Shown here: one piece after another, positions 35,954 to 45,902 of the stretch
How the letters are laid out: every line of letters starts with the position of its first letter
Numbering within the stretch: position 1 is the stretch's first letter
IMG/VR virus record: IMGVR_UViG_3300042878_000903
Span: 1 to 64,000 of that record
Reading direction: 5' to 3' (one strand)
DNA length: 64,000 nucleotides
Source: a virus
The notes under the pieces: generated by a model
What the model was told of the DNA's origin: nothing
The model's database searches: none
The model's input: the letters and a program-made list of their open reading frames with translations, nothing else
Translations under genes and position numbers: made by a program

Positions 35954-36516
35954 CGTTGCGTCAGGACCTTATTAGCGTAATGGGCAATTCCAAATGAATC
36001 TGCTACATCAAAATCTGATATTGACAGGCTGTACTTATTATTAAAGTAATCCGCCGTTCTTTGCTTTCTCATATTCCTTAATTGATTTTTATACCATGAG
36101 TCTGCATATCCTGGATTAGATAATCTTATTGCCGATTTTTCTTCTTTAGTAGGATTCTTATTACCAATATAGGCCTGCCATGAAGTTGGAGCAATTGTTA
36201 TAACCTTAGCTCCAGTTGACATAAGCTCTGCAATAACAACCCCGTACACATAAGATAGTTTTATAACAGCATCTGCTGATCTAACTAAAACTGCTCCTTC
36301 AACTGCGATATAATCTGCTTGCAATTCATCTAACATTACACTCATCTTAATTTTTGCATCGTAAATTTTTTCATAAATATCATTTCCAGATAGGTTAATT
36401 TTGCCCCACTTTAATGGCACGTCATTTTCCATAAGGCAAAAAGCTATTGAGTTTGTAGATGCATCAATACCAAGCACTTTAGATGCTCTAGTCTTTACTA
36501 AACTAGCCAATGTCAT
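35950..36516 (-). CDS. RuvC-like Holliday junction resolvase
   Basis: LGIDAS, AVE, D.ADS.GIA. Confidence 0.8.
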   Translation of the reverse strand: MTLASLVKTRASKVLGIDASTNSIAFCLMENDVPLKWGKINLSGNDIYEKIYDAKIKMSVMLDELQADYIAVEGAVLVRSADAVIKLSYVYGVVIAELMSTGAKVITIAPTSWQAYIGNKNPTKEEKSAIRLSNPGYADSWYKNQLRNMRKQRTADYFNNKYSLSISDFDVADSFGIAHYANKVLTQR

Positions 36517-36781
36517 CTATTATACCCATTAAATATTTTTTATCTTTAAAGCGTTTAGATTTTATGCATTTCGAGCAATACATTTCTGTATTGTATCTGC
36601 TTAAAAATCCTGGACATCCCTTGCATTTTCTTGGAGCGCCATTCTTAATAGCTTTTTTTTCGTAATATTTTTGCATAATTCTTTTATTGGTTGCAACTCT
36701 GCAGCATTCGTCAGAACAATACTTTTGATTATGTGTCTTAGGGTTAAAATCTTTAGCACATTCAATACTAAAACATTTCAT
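36503..36781 (-). CDS. Cys-rich zinc-binding protein
   Basis: C..C..F...QKYCS..C; CxxC pairs. Confidence 0.7.
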   Translation of the reverse strand: MKCFSIECAKDFNPKTHNQKYCSDECCRVATNKRIMQKYYEKKAIKNGAPRKCKGCPGFLSRYNTEMYCSKCIKSKRFKDKKYLMGIIDDIG

Positions 36782-37569
36782 TGTTTAGCAACTCTCATTA
36801 AATCAATTTCAACTGTTCCAGGATTAGATCCTTTTGCCCAGCATTCTTTCTTTACTGGACAATATGTGCAAGGAAGTTTATATTTGGTTGCGCCTTCAGG
36901 ACGTTTTGGCAAATCTCCTTCTTTAAAATTATCCCAAACATCTCTCATCCATTGAAATGCATCCTCAATTATTTTCTTGTTTTTATCATTCATAGAAATT
37001 GGGATTATTAATATCTCTTGAGTATTCTTATTTTCATACAAGAAGAAACCTTCTTTGGCATTCTTTAGCTTCATATATGTTAGTAGCTGAAGCATATGAT
37101 TAGGAGAAGATTTCATTTCAGCTTGCCTTGTATCCCAAACTTCTTGCTTGGCTGTTTTGATTTCACCGATAACCGTCTCGCCATCATACTCCATAATTAA
37201 ATCTATAAAGCCTCTAATAGGGGGATACTCATTTACGATCTCTTCTTCTTCCGCTTTCCACTCAGGCATAGTCTTAATAAGACTCTGTAGTCTTTCATGA
37301 GCCTGTGTGCCCTGGGCCATGTTTGCCACAGCAACAGCATCATTCTCATCAATAAAGACAGCCCCAGTAAATGCCATATACCAGTATCTTGGACATGTAC
37401 CATGCCCGTAACCTAGTAAGCTTGGGCTAAAAGACTTCTTTGTGGTGTCTCCATCTGGACGTTTTGTATTTCTATAAGATTCGTCAAGAAGCTGGGCAAA
37501 CTTTTCTGGGTCAAAGAAATTCCCAACATGCTTTTTAAATTTAAGGTTCTTTACTATATCTCTACCCAT
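36778..37569 (-). CDS. Cas4-like PD-(D/E)XK exonuclease (start MGRDIVK)
   Basis: CPR, G...H, G.ID, EIKT, QL..Y, C..C.....C. Confidence 0.85.
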   Translation of the reverse strand: MGRDIVKNLKFKKHVGNFFDPEKFAQLLDESYRNTKRPDGDTTKKSFSPSLLGYGHGTCPRYWYMAFTGAVFIDENDAVAVANMAQGTQAHERLQSLIKTMPEWKAEEEEIVNEYPPIRGFIDLIMEYDGETVIGEIKTAKQEVWDTRQAEMKSSPNHMLQLLTYMKLKNAKEGFFLYENKNTQEILIIPISMNDKNKKIIEDAFQWMRDVWDNFKEGDLPKRPEGATKYKLPCTYCPVKKECWAKGSNPGTVEIDLMRVAKQ

Positions 37570-38059
37570 TGTTTGGCACCCACATTTTTTCTTTTCCTTT
37601 GTTGTGATATCTAGCCATAACAAACAGTAGGTCTGATAGACGATTTAAATATTTAGCAATGTTTGGATTAATATTTTCTATTTTCCAAACTTCACGCTCT
37701 GCTCTTCTAACGATAGTTCTTGCATTATGCAATGCTCCAGTAGGCAAAACAAAAGATCTAAGTGGCTCTAGGTATTCATTATAGTCATCAATTACATTCT
37801 CTAAATATATAATCCTGTTTTCAGATATTTTTATTGTTTCGGCACCTGCAAGCTCTGCGCCAAGGTCAAATAGGTCGCTTTGAACTCTTTCGATAACGTC
37901 ATTATATTCATCGATTGCCATTCCAATAGCAGAGTTAGCCTCATCTACGGCGCCGATGGCTTCCATGATAGGGCTAGTCTTAGAAACTCTATCGTTGTTG
38001 GCATTAGACGTTTGGCCATCATCACCTGTTTTGGTATAAATCTTACTTAGTATTACCAT
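37562..38059 (-). CDS. pduO: cob(I)alamin adenosyltransferase, PduO type (start MVILSK)
   Basis: KIYTKTGD.G.T, G.VDE.NS.IG, Q..LFDLGAEL, FVLP, RRAER, YLNRLSD.LF..AR. Confidence 0.93.
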   Translation of the reverse strand: MVILSKIYTKTGDDGQTSNANNDRVSKTSPIMEAIGAVDEANSAIGMAIDEYNDVIERVQSDLFDLGAELAGAETIKISENRIIYLENVIDDYNEYLEPLRSFVLPTGALHNARTIVRRAEREVWKIENINPNIAKYLNRLSDLLFVMARYHNKGKEKMWVPNNG

Positions 38060-38205
38060 CAGTGTCCCTTTATCGCTCTCCAAATATCAATTCCAATTTT
38101 ATTAACAATATACATTATGAATAACGTAACTGCTAGCTGAATTGCATACTCTATAGATATTTTGTTTTTTGTTTTATTTGGCTTATCCAATAAATTTAAG
38201 GCCAT
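38059..38205 (-). CDS. 48-aa single-TM protein (not in ORF track)
   Basis: Fills the gap; overlaps both neighbours. Confidence 0.55.
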   Translation of the reverse strand: MALNLLDKPNKTKNKISIEYAIQLAVTLFIMYIVNKIGIDIWRAIKGH

Positions 38206-38645
38206 CTCAATTCCCCATCACTTGAAAAAACCAACCCTATACTGTCACCAGCGTACAAGGTTGTTTCATTAATTGCTTTTTCTGCCCAGCCCCACTCATT
38301 TCTTGGGAAAAGAAGAACCTGCTTCTTTTTTATAATTACTGCCCAGTATGCATCTTCAGGAGGCATCTCACTACAAGATTCCTCTTTGCTTGAAGGAAGA
38401 TTGTTTAACCTACATAATACTGCATCTCCGTATTTAACGGTTCCCTCTGTACTGTATCCAGATTGTTTTATAAAATCTAATGCATTTATATTGTCTTGCT
38501 CTATGCATTCGTTAAATTTATTTTGTTTGGTAAGAGATCCATAGTCTACATATAGATTTATGCAAGAAGGCTTTACTACAAACGCTTGTATCGTAAATGC
38601 AAAAGAAACTGCTACAAATAACGATATGATTATTCTGTTTTTCAT
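38196..38645 (-). CDS. secreted/anchored protein, possible DUF4430 (transcobalamin C-terminal-like) domain
   Basis: Signal/TM; LCRLNNLP...C...PP..AYW...W......L..GD.IGL.F. Confidence 0.5.
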   Translation of the reverse strand: MKNRIIISLFVAVSFAFTIQAFVVKPSCINLYVDYGSLTKQNKFNECIEQDNINALDFIKQSGYSTEGTVKYGDAVLCRLNNLPSSKEESCSEMPPEDAYWAVIIKKKQVLLFPRNEWGWAEKAINETTLYAGDSIGLVFSSDGELRWP

Positions 38646-38980
38646 GAGTTATATCTAACTACGTATTTAAGTGCATCTACAAGTTTGTCGATGGACTCTT
38701 TTACTGAATAGTAAATATTTTTCTTGTTGTTGTTTACTGTGCCAGCTTTGTCTTTAGCAATTGTTGAATATACTGAAGCAAGTACCGCAAATTTAGTAGA
38801 CATGGCCTGAAGCTCCATAATTAAATGCGGGGCTTTTGCAGAAGGAACATCTGGATTCAGCAAAAGCTTTACAACAATAGCCAGAGCCTTGTCTAAGTGC
38901 TCATCCTGCATAAACTCATGCAGATCATTAAACTCAGTTATATTACTAATGAGTTCAAGTGTATTCTTGTCCTCTGTCAT
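38642..38980 (-). CDS. hypothetical helical protein
   Basis: ORF track; GAGG RBS. Confidence 0.7.
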   Translation of the reverse strand: MTEDKNTLELISNITEFNDLHEFMQDEHLDKALAIVVKLLLNPDVPSAKAPHLIMELQAMSTKFAVLASVYSTIAKDKAGTVNNNKKNIYYSVKESIDKLVDALKYVVRYNS

Positions 38981-39074
38981 TTTTTAATCCTCTTATCTAA
39001 TTTGTCTATAAATAAACCTAATGGGTAGCCAACTAAAAATCCTATTGCTATACCGCTAAGCAAAAACATTTCCA

Positions 39075-39770
39075 TTACTTATTATCCTTTTCATAGTTTA
39101 CGTTTAGCCTTATTTTATCTACTTCATGTTTTCCTATTGTTTTGCCTGTATGATCAATTCCCCTTTTATACATCCTGGGCCTAATACCTTCAGAATTTTT
39201 TTCTTTTAAATAACTCATATATTCTTCACTATCTTGAATTTTTTCAAATGGCCACTTAGAATTTTTAATATTAAAGCTTGAGCCCTGTATCGATCCAATT
39301 GATATTGGAAGTACGCATGCTATATTTGTTCCAGCTGGCACAAAATATTCTTTATTGGGAGTATCAAGTTTCCAAACAATAGTAAATGTACCAGTAAATA
39401 CTGATGTAGACAATATTGTACTTAAAACTTGTGCTCCGTCCAGATACTCATTTGGAACTGGCATTGTGAGCATACTAGTATTTTCATCGGTTTTAAATAT
39501 TAAATTGGTGGTAAAACTTACTGTTCCCTCTCCTCTACCGACCCAAATATTTTCTTTACCAATAATGCCAACTGCTCCGTCGTGTTTAGAGCCATCCCAA
39601 ATAAAAGATATGTCGTGTTCAAAATAAATACCGTATCCTAAAGTATTTGCCATTGCTATTGGATGGCAATTATAAACATATGAATGCATCCAGTCTCTTT
39701 GAAGCTCTAGTGGTCTAATTTTTGCTGTTGGGAAAGATGTGTCATCTATATAAACATCTACGCTATGCAT
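39075..39770 (-). CDS. DUF6065-like protein
   Basis: RDWM..Y.C.P...AN..G; PVPN; W. Confidence 0.6.
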   Translation of the reverse strand: MHSVDVYIDDTSFPTAKIRPLELQRDWMHSYVYNCHPIAMANTLGYGIYFEHDISFIWDGSKHDGAVGIIGKENIWVGRGEGTVSFTTNLIFKTDENTSMLTMPVPNEYLDGAQVLSTILSTSVFTGTFTIVWKLDTPNKEYFVPAGTNIACVLPISIGSIQGSSFNIKNSKWPFEKIQDSEEYMSYLKEKNSEGIRPRMYKRGIDHTGKTIGKHEVDKIRLNVNYEKDNK

Positions 39771-40068
39771 TATTATCCTCCCAGCATTTAATTAATTCTT
39801 CTAAAATTGCCCACTCTATTATACCAAGTCGGACTTTGCTTTCTTTACCTATAATAATTTTTAAGGCTGGGTGCATATCTCTATTTACTTTAAATGTATC
39901 TGTACAGATCTTAGACCAAACTTCTTTATTCAATGTAAATGTAGATCCCGCCTCCTTATAATCAACTAAAAATTGATTCCACTGAGCATCACCTTTTTGG
40001 TAATCTCCTCGCCCGCTATTTTTTTGTGCTTTAGCACTATCTCTTTTTACTTCGGCTCTTTCAGACAT
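39763..40068 (-). CDS. small PD-(D/E)XK nuclease (resolvase-like)
   Basis: NSG.G..KGD...VDYK. Confidence 0.65.
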   Translation of the reverse strand: MSERAEVKRDSAKAQKNSGRGDYQKGDAQWNQFLVDYKEAGSTFTLNKEVWSKICTDTFKVNRDMHPALKIIIGKESKVRLGIIEWAILEELIKCWEDNNA

Positions 40069-40071
40069 TTA

Positions 40072-41016
40072 CTAGCCTTTAACTTCTATAAGGTTAGATG
40101 GGATAGACAGCTTTATGGTTTGTAAATCTTTTTCTACATAAGATTCTTCTGTATTAACATTATTTAAATTGTCTTGTCCAAGTGTTATGTCGTATTGTTT
40201 TTTCCACTCGATTTCGTCTTTAACATCAGAATCAATAAACGCTCTTAAAAAATACCTATCTGATTTACTAAATGGTTTTACTCCGTGATAAAATGGTTCT
40301 GTTGACGGCATTATAACGGCATCTCCAGGCATAGGCTTATACATGTATGTGTTATTTGATATAGAATCGTATACACAAATTTCCCCTCCGTCATAATTAT
40401 TATTTAAATAAAAATTAACAGTAGCAACGTGCCTCTTTGTTTTTGTTTCCCCAGGTACTGGCAATTCGTCTACATGGTATTCCATGATTAATCCAGAAGG
40501 GTTTACCTTTCCTTGAAAACCTACGTCATATCTAAAAAAATCAATCCAGTATTTTTTGTTTGTATCTTTTAACAATTCCCAATCTTTTATAAATAAGGGC
40601 CATATTCCATTTTCTTTTCCAAACTCATTAAGATAGTCTTTTCTAATAAAATTCATACATTCATTTATTTCTAGTATGTATTCTTTTTCTAGATTGAGAA
40701 ATGTATTGGTTCCAGGATCTATAGTATCTAAAAGACTAAAGTCTGCGTCTCTTCTAAATCCTTGACCATACCAGCCTCTCCATTCATTAAAGAAAGAAAT
40801 TTCTCTACTGTCCTGCAACAAATCAATTATTTCTTTGCTGTTTTTAAATATGTTTTTATATATTACAATTTGTGGAGCCACTACAATTTTTTTTATAGAG
40901 CTGAAGTCCGTATTCAATCTACCCCACCCTAACTTCGTTTTCATGTCCATCAGGACATTCCCATGCAAGGACCATAGAATCTGGATCCCAAAAAGATTCT
41001 TCTGCATTCTTATCAC
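40072..41016 (-). CDS. 2OG-Fe(II) oxygenase (true start probably downstream)
   Basis: YHVD, YLNNNYDGGE, YHGV...RYF. Confidence 0.8.
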   Translation of the reverse strand: MIRMQKNLFGIQILWSLHGNVLMDMKTKLGWGRLNTDFSSIKKIVVAPQIVIYKNIFKNSKEIIDLLQDSREISFFNEWRGWYGQGFRRDADFSLLDTIDPGTNTFLNLEKEYILEINECMNFIRKDYLNEFGKENGIWPLFIKDWELLKDTNKKYWIDFFRYDVGFQGKVNPSGLIMEYHVDELPVPGETKTKRHVATVNFYLNNNYDGGEICVYDSISNNTYMYKPMPGDAVIMPSTEPFYHGVKPFSKSDRYFLRAFIDSDVKDEIEWKKQYDITLGQDNLNNVNTEESYVEKDLQTIKLSIPSNLIEVKG

Positions 41017-41107
41017 ACTTAGAACATGGTTTTACTCCATGGATAGACTCTAAGTTTTGTTTAACAACTACCTGTGGTTTATTAATAAACTCGTTAAGAT
41101 TTGGCAT
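40919..41107 (-). CDS. small zinc-ribbon protein
   Basis: CSKC...CPDGH. Confidence 0.65.
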   Translation of the reverse strand: MPNLNEFINKPQVVVKQNLESIHGVKPCSKCDKNAEESFWDPDSMVLAWECPDGHENEVRVG

Positions 41108-42098
41108 TAATTTCCTCAATCAAGGCGCCAGCAACTTTTGGGTTATCTCTAAGGTATGCTATTGCTTTAGCTCTGCCCTGAAAACGCTCTTTATTAATTG
41201 TGTACCATGCTCCGCCTTTTTCTACTAAACCGTACATTTCTGCAACATCTAGCGTTTCACCAATACGATCAACTCCTAAAGACTCTCCTTGGTAGTAAAA
41301 ATCGTATTGTCCTGAAAGGTTAGGGGGGCCGAGCTTGTTGTAATCAATAATCCAATTGACTGGTCTCCCGACACGCTGTTCAATAATTTTGTCCCCGACT
41401 TGAACGCCAGCTTTGATAGCATTAGCTTCAGCTTCTGAAGACCAGAGTTTGATAACGGTACTAGAGAAAAATTTAACTGCCATTCCTCCTGTTGGGATGT
41501 GTGAAGCATGCATTGACCCAAACTGATTTCTTTGTTGGGAGATAAGAACAAGTAGTGTGTTTTTGTTTGCATAATTTAACATTTTGACTGCGTGAGTCAT
41601 ATCCTTTGCTTCTGCGCCGATTTGCTTTGTGTCTTGCAAATCTTTCATTTCATTTCCATCTTTTTCAAAATATATACCAGGAAGCAAGGCAGAGATAGAG
41701 TCTACAACAATTACATCTACGCCAGCCTCCATTAGCTTTACACCAACGTCTACCATGTCATTTACTGTTTTAGCTTGAGAATAAATAAGGGAAGACGAAT
41801 CTACTCCCAGCTGCTCTGCCCAAGATTGGTCATAAGATGCTTCTGAATCAATCCATGCACAAGTTTTGCCTTCTTGTTGCGCTAGCGCTATCATTTGTAA
41901 ACAAAAAGAAGATTTGCCAGCAGACTTATTACCCCAAACTAATATTTGTCTTCCATATCCCAAGCCACCTTTTAAAGCAACATTTAATCCTATGCTGGGA
42001 GTCAATTGTTTATGAACTTGAACATTTTGTGCAGACTGGACTCTTGCACGTGTTTTGGGGTCTAACTTTGACATTATATCTTCTAGGGAAATAGTCAT
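41094..42098 (-). CDS. recA: RecA/UvsX-like recombinase
   Basis: GNKSAGKS, WIDSE, VVDS, GG.A.KF..S, GAWY...FQG. Confidence 0.93.
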   Translation of the reverse strand: MTISLEDIMSKLDPKTRARVQSAQNVQVHKQLTPSIGLNVALKGGLGYGRQILVWGNKSAGKSSFCLQMIALAQQEGKTCAWIDSEASYDQSWAEQLGVDSSSLIYSQAKTVNDMVDVGVKLMEAGVDVIVVDSISALLPGIYFEKDGNEMKDLQDTKQIGAEAKDMTHAVKMLNYANKNTLLVLISQQRNQFGSMHASHIPTGGMAVKFFSSTVIKLWSSEAEANAIKAGVQVGDKIIEQRVGRPVNWIIDYNKLGPPNLSGQYDFYYQGESLGVDRIGETLDVAEMYGLVEKGGAWYTINKERFQGRAKAIAYLRDNPKVAGALIEEINAKS

Positions 42099-42161
42099 TT
42101 ATATTCTTTCTTCTCTCTACTAGTATACCATTTAAATCAGGGTCTGTGAAGCCCGATAGAA

Positions 42162-42359
42162 TTAATCTTTTTGCTTAAGCTTAAATGTAAATGTCTGATC
42201 ATCTTCATTATAATCTACTTGTAACTCTTTGTCTTCATTAGCTGCCTTTAAAAATTTTTCAACTGGTAAAGAAAGTTCTCCAAGGCTTTCAATTGCGGCA
42301 ACAAGTATTTTAGTAATGTTTAGTTGTGCATAAACATCTTCTATTTTTATATCACTCAT
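42162..42359 (-). CDS. hypothetical protein
   Basis: ATGA coupling with dnaE. Confidence 0.7.
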   Translation of the reverse strand: MSDIKIEDVYAQLNITKILVAAIESLGELSLPVEKFLKAANEDKELQVDYNEDDQTFTFKLKQKD

Positions 42360-45300
42360 TTTATTTCCTTTACATTCATAGTTCCATCGTCTAGTTTTGA
42401 TAGAACAACCCTACATTTCATTCCCTCACGCATTTTTGCAAGGGTCATTTTATACATAGTTGGAAAAGCAATTGCTCTTGTCAACTCTTTATTTCTATTT
42501 GACAACACTATGTGGCTCATAGTTTTGCCTGCCTTTGTTACATATGGGGTAAAGTTTACAACTATATATTCGTCTTCTTCTAAGTCATATTCTTTACGAT
42601 ATAGGTAATCTACAAACATATCGTTTGATGAGGGGTCTATATCTGAAACCTTTATGTATCTTGCAATTCTATTATCTCCAACAAGAATAAAGTACATCTG
42701 GCCTACTTCAATTTGTGTTTGCTCATTATGAAAGAGCCCTATTGAACCAGTCTCATCTACAATCTCTACTCTTGCCCAACCTGTTCCACGTTTAATTCCC
42801 TTTACCATTCCAAACATAACAAACGATCCTAGGTCATCAAACTCTTCAATTGGTCTAGCCTGAGCTTTAACTCTTGGGGGAATACCTTCTAAATTAAATG
42901 TTGGTATACCCAGATACTCATAATAATTATCTTTTTCATTTCCACTTCTAGGATTATCTTTAAACGCTGCAGCACCAATTGCATTAAGTGAACTAATTGC
43001 TCTACTATTTATACCGCTTCCTTTAGCAGAAGAAATAGAAATAAAATGATTGTAGTCAATATAAGGTCTACTGTCAATAATTTTATTTGCGATGTTATCA
43101 GATATAAATTTAACTTCAGATAATCCAAATCGAATTGCATTTTCTTGAAGTGAAAAATCAAGACCTGATTCATTAATGTGAGGCAGCAGTACCTTTAATC
43201 CTAAGCGTTTAGCCTCAATTAAATATTCCGTCCTAGCATCTTTATCATTTTCGTTTTTAAGAATTGAAAACATGAACTCAAGCGGATAATAAAACTTAAG
43301 CCAAGCAGTATAATAACTAAGCATAGAGTAAGCAACGGCATGAGAACGATTAAAAGAATAACCAGCATGCGCTTCAAAATCGTGCCAGAGCGCCTCTGCC
43401 TTTTTCTTAGTAATGTGTTTTGAAGCCCCAATAACAAACCTATCTTTGAACTGGTCAAATTCTTTTGCATCTTTTTTCTTTCCAATAATCTTGCGGACCT
43501 TATCAGCCTCTGCCCAAGTCATACCGCCCAAGTGTACGCATGCCTGCATAACTTGTTCTTGATATATGATAACACCATAAGTGTTCTCGGTAAACGGCTT
43601 CATAATTGTATGCATATAATCTACAGCCTCATTGCCGTGTTTACGTTTAATATATGCAGCACCAACTGTATTCATGGCTCCTGGCCTTACAAGTGCATTA
43701 GATGCGACTAGGTCCTCAAACTTATCTGTTCCCATTTTAATAAGAAGATTAGTGTATGGTGTTGCTTCAGCTTGGAATACACCCTTAGTAAATCCTTCAC
43801 TAAGCATTTTATAAACTTCTGGATCATCAAGCGTCATGTTCGATAAAATGATATCTTTGCCTGTCCTAGATTTAATTGATTTAAGAGTATCAGAAATTAC
43901 AGACAAGGTCTTAAGTCCTAGTGCATCTAGTTTGATAAGACCTATATCTGCAACCGTATCCATATCGTATGCAACGACAGGAATTCTTCCTGATACTTTG
44001 TCTTGTGCGTCTTCTCTTGATTCAACAGGAGCATAATTTCTCAAATCATCTTTTGCCACTACAACACCTGCAGCGTGTACTCCAACGGATCTAATTCTTC
44101 CACGCAATCTGTCTGCAAGCCAAACTACTTCTGGGTATTTAACTCTAAATTCTTTTGTATTCGGGGAAGAAATAAAGTCTTCAAAAGTGTCAATTGATTT
44201 CATTGCACGATTAACTTCTTGAAGTGGGACCATAAAAATTCTTGCTGCGTCTCTAATTACACCCTTATCTTTAAAGTAAGTGTATGTAGAAATAGACGCA
44301 ACGTGTTTAAACTTTTTCTTTAAATAATCTTTAACCTCTTTACGACGACGGTCTTCAAAATCAGTATCAATATCTGGAAAGTCATTACGTTCTGGATTAA
44401 TAAAACGGAAGAACAATAAATCGTACTCTATTGGGTCCACATCAGTAATTCCTAATGTGTAACAAACTAAAGATCCAGCTGCTGAACCACGGCCAGGACC
44501 GACCATAATATTATTTTCTTTAGCCCAGTTAATCATATCTGCTACCACTAAAAAATATGATGCAAAAGATTTGTTTCTAATTACTTCTAATTCTTCCATT
44601 AATCTTTGCTCATACACATCATTGCCTAGCCAGCCGTCTGTTAAACGTAGCCTTTCTAGGCCCTGGAAGGCCATCTCAGCCAGTTTCTGGTCGGCATTGG
44701 TCTTGGGTACAGGGAGTAGGTCTAAACCACTGTTAAAATCGTATTCTTCAATTTTGTCAGATATCTCAATAGTATTATCATATATATCTGTACGAGTAAT
44801 ATCAGCCTTATTAAAATCTGCTTCAATCTCTTCTCTAGACTGAATAAACAAATTATAGTCTTGGAAAGAAATTCTACGGTCTGGGTATAGATAGTTAAAT
44901 CTTTCCATCATGTCTTTAATGTTGCGTGACATTTCAAAGTCTGAGTCTTTGTCAATTTTAGGAGATGTGGATAAGATAAGTAGTGCTTCTTCTAGTATTC
45001 TATCTTCTTCTTTGGCAAAGTGGGCATCTCCTGTTGCTACCGCCTTAATGCCAAGTTCATCTGCAAGATCTAGTAGCTTTGCATTTATTTCTGGCGGGTT
45101 GTGAGACTGTACCTCAACATAAAAGTCTTCAGAAAAAGTTTTCTTAAAATTTTGTAAAAGAAGTTTGGCCTCTCCAAATTCTCCTTTTTCAATAGCCTTA
45201 GACATAAGACCATTGAGACATCCAGAAAGTACAATGATACCTTCACTATATTCATTTAATATCTCCCTATCAATACGTGGTTTATGATAGAAACCTTCGT

Positions 45301-45637
45301 TCCAAGCAAGCTCCTGCAATATATTAATATTCTCCAGCCCCTTTTTATTTTTCGCTAGCAAAATAATATGGTTATAGGCCTGAATAGATTTATCGGTTTT
45401 AGATGATCTATCAAATCTATCGGTTGGAGATATGTACGCCTCAACACCAAGAATTGGCTTAATGCCAGTTTCCTTTGCGGCAATTTGCATATCTCTATGT
45501 GAAGAGAGAGTGCCATGGTCTGTAATTGCAATCGCAGTTTGTCCAGCATCTAACGCCGCTTGACATAATTCTTTAGGTGAATTTAGTCCATCCATTAATG
45601 AATAGTATGAATGAACGTGGAGATGTGTAAAACTCAT
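42356..45637 (-). CDS. dnaE: DNA polymerase III alpha subunit (start MSFTHLH)
   Basis: HLHVHS.YS..DG PHP domain, GRGSAAGS, PDIDTD, HAAG, FNRSH. Confidence 0.97.
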   Translation of the reverse strand: MSFTHLHVHSYYSLMDGLNSPKELCQAALDAGQTAIAITDHGTLSSHRDMQIAAKETGIKPILGVEAYISPTDRFDRSSKTDKSIQAYNHIILLAKNKKGLENINILQELAWNEGFYHKPRIDREILNEYSEGIIVLSGCLNGLMSKAIEKGEFGEAKLLLQNFKKTFSEDFYVEVQSHNPPEINAKLLDLADELGIKAVATGDAHFAKEEDRILEEALLILSTSPKIDKDSDFEMSRNIKDMMERFNYLYPDRRISFQDYNLFIQSREEIEADFNKADITRTDIYDNTIEISDKIEEYDFNSGLDLLPVPKTNADQKLAEMAFQGLERLRLTDGWLGNDVYEQRLMEELEVIRNKSFASYFLVVADMINWAKENNIMVGPGRGSAAGSLVCYTLGITDVDPIEYDLLFFRFINPERNDFPDIDTDFEDRRRKEVKDYLKKKFKHVASISTYTYFKDKGVIRDAARIFMVPLQEVNRAMKSIDTFEDFISSPNTKEFRVKYPEVVWLADRLRGRIRSVGVHAAGVVVAKDDLRNYAPVESREDAQDKVSGRIPVVAYDMDTVADIGLIKLDALGLKTLSVISDTLKSIKSRTGKDIILSNMTLDDPEVYKMLSEGFTKGVFQAEATPYTNLLIKMGTDKFEDLVASNALVRPGAMNTVGAAYIKRKHGNEAVDYMHTIMKPFTENTYGVIIYQEQVMQACVHLGGMTWAEADKVRKIIGKKKDAKEFDQFKDRFVIGASKHITKKKAEALWHDFEAHAGYSFNRSHAVAYSMLSYYTAWLKFYYPLEFMFSILKNENDKDARTEYLIEAKRLGLKVLLPHINESGLDFSLQENAIRFGLSEVKFISDNIANKIIDSRPYIDYNHFISISSAKGSGINSRAISSLNAIGAAAFKDNPRSGNEKDNYYEYLGIPTFNLEGIPPRVKAQARPIEEFDDLGSFVMFGMVKGIKRGTGWARVEIVDETGSIGLFHNEQTQIEVGQMYFILVGDNRIARYIKVSDIDPSSNDMFVDYLYRKEYDLEEDEYIVVNFTPYVTKAGKTMSHIVLSNRNKELTRAIAFPTMYKMTLAKMREGMKCRVVLSKLDDGTMNVKEIK

Positions 45638-45843
45638 TAATATCCGCCCATGCATTCGTTTCTTGTATGATAAAGTCTTATCTTAATCATAGTTTTTTTG
45701 TTTGGTGCGTAAAGCTTTTCTCCGCAACATGCAGTTTTTAAATACCATTCTTTTGTAAAGAAATCGTACAGCATGCCTTTATAGTGTTTATATTTATTAG
45801 CAACAAATGTCTCAAATGGGTCTGGGATTTCATATGTTAGCAT
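45637..45843 (-). CDS. hypothetical protein, leaderless
   Basis: TTGACT-17-TAGAAT, ATG 6 nt downstream. Confidence 0.7.
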   Translation of the reverse strand: MLTYEIPDPFETFVANKYKHYKGMLYDFFTKEWYLKTACCGEKLYAPNKKTMIKIRLYHTRNECMGGY

Positions 45844-45865
45844 AATGTTATTCTACTAAATAAAG

Positions 45866-45891
45866 CAGGGGCAGTCAATAGACTGCCCCTG
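45866..45891. terminator. hairpin terminator overlapping -35 of the next promoter
   Basis: CAGGGGCAGTC-AATA-GACTGCCCCTG. Confidence 0.8.
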
Positions 45892-45902
45892 ACTATAAAT
45901 AG

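Noticed and set aside
36778-37569. Cas4-like gene as evidence of a CRISPR-Cas system
   Set aside because: No array or other cas genes; solo Cas4-like nucleases are normal in phage recombination modules
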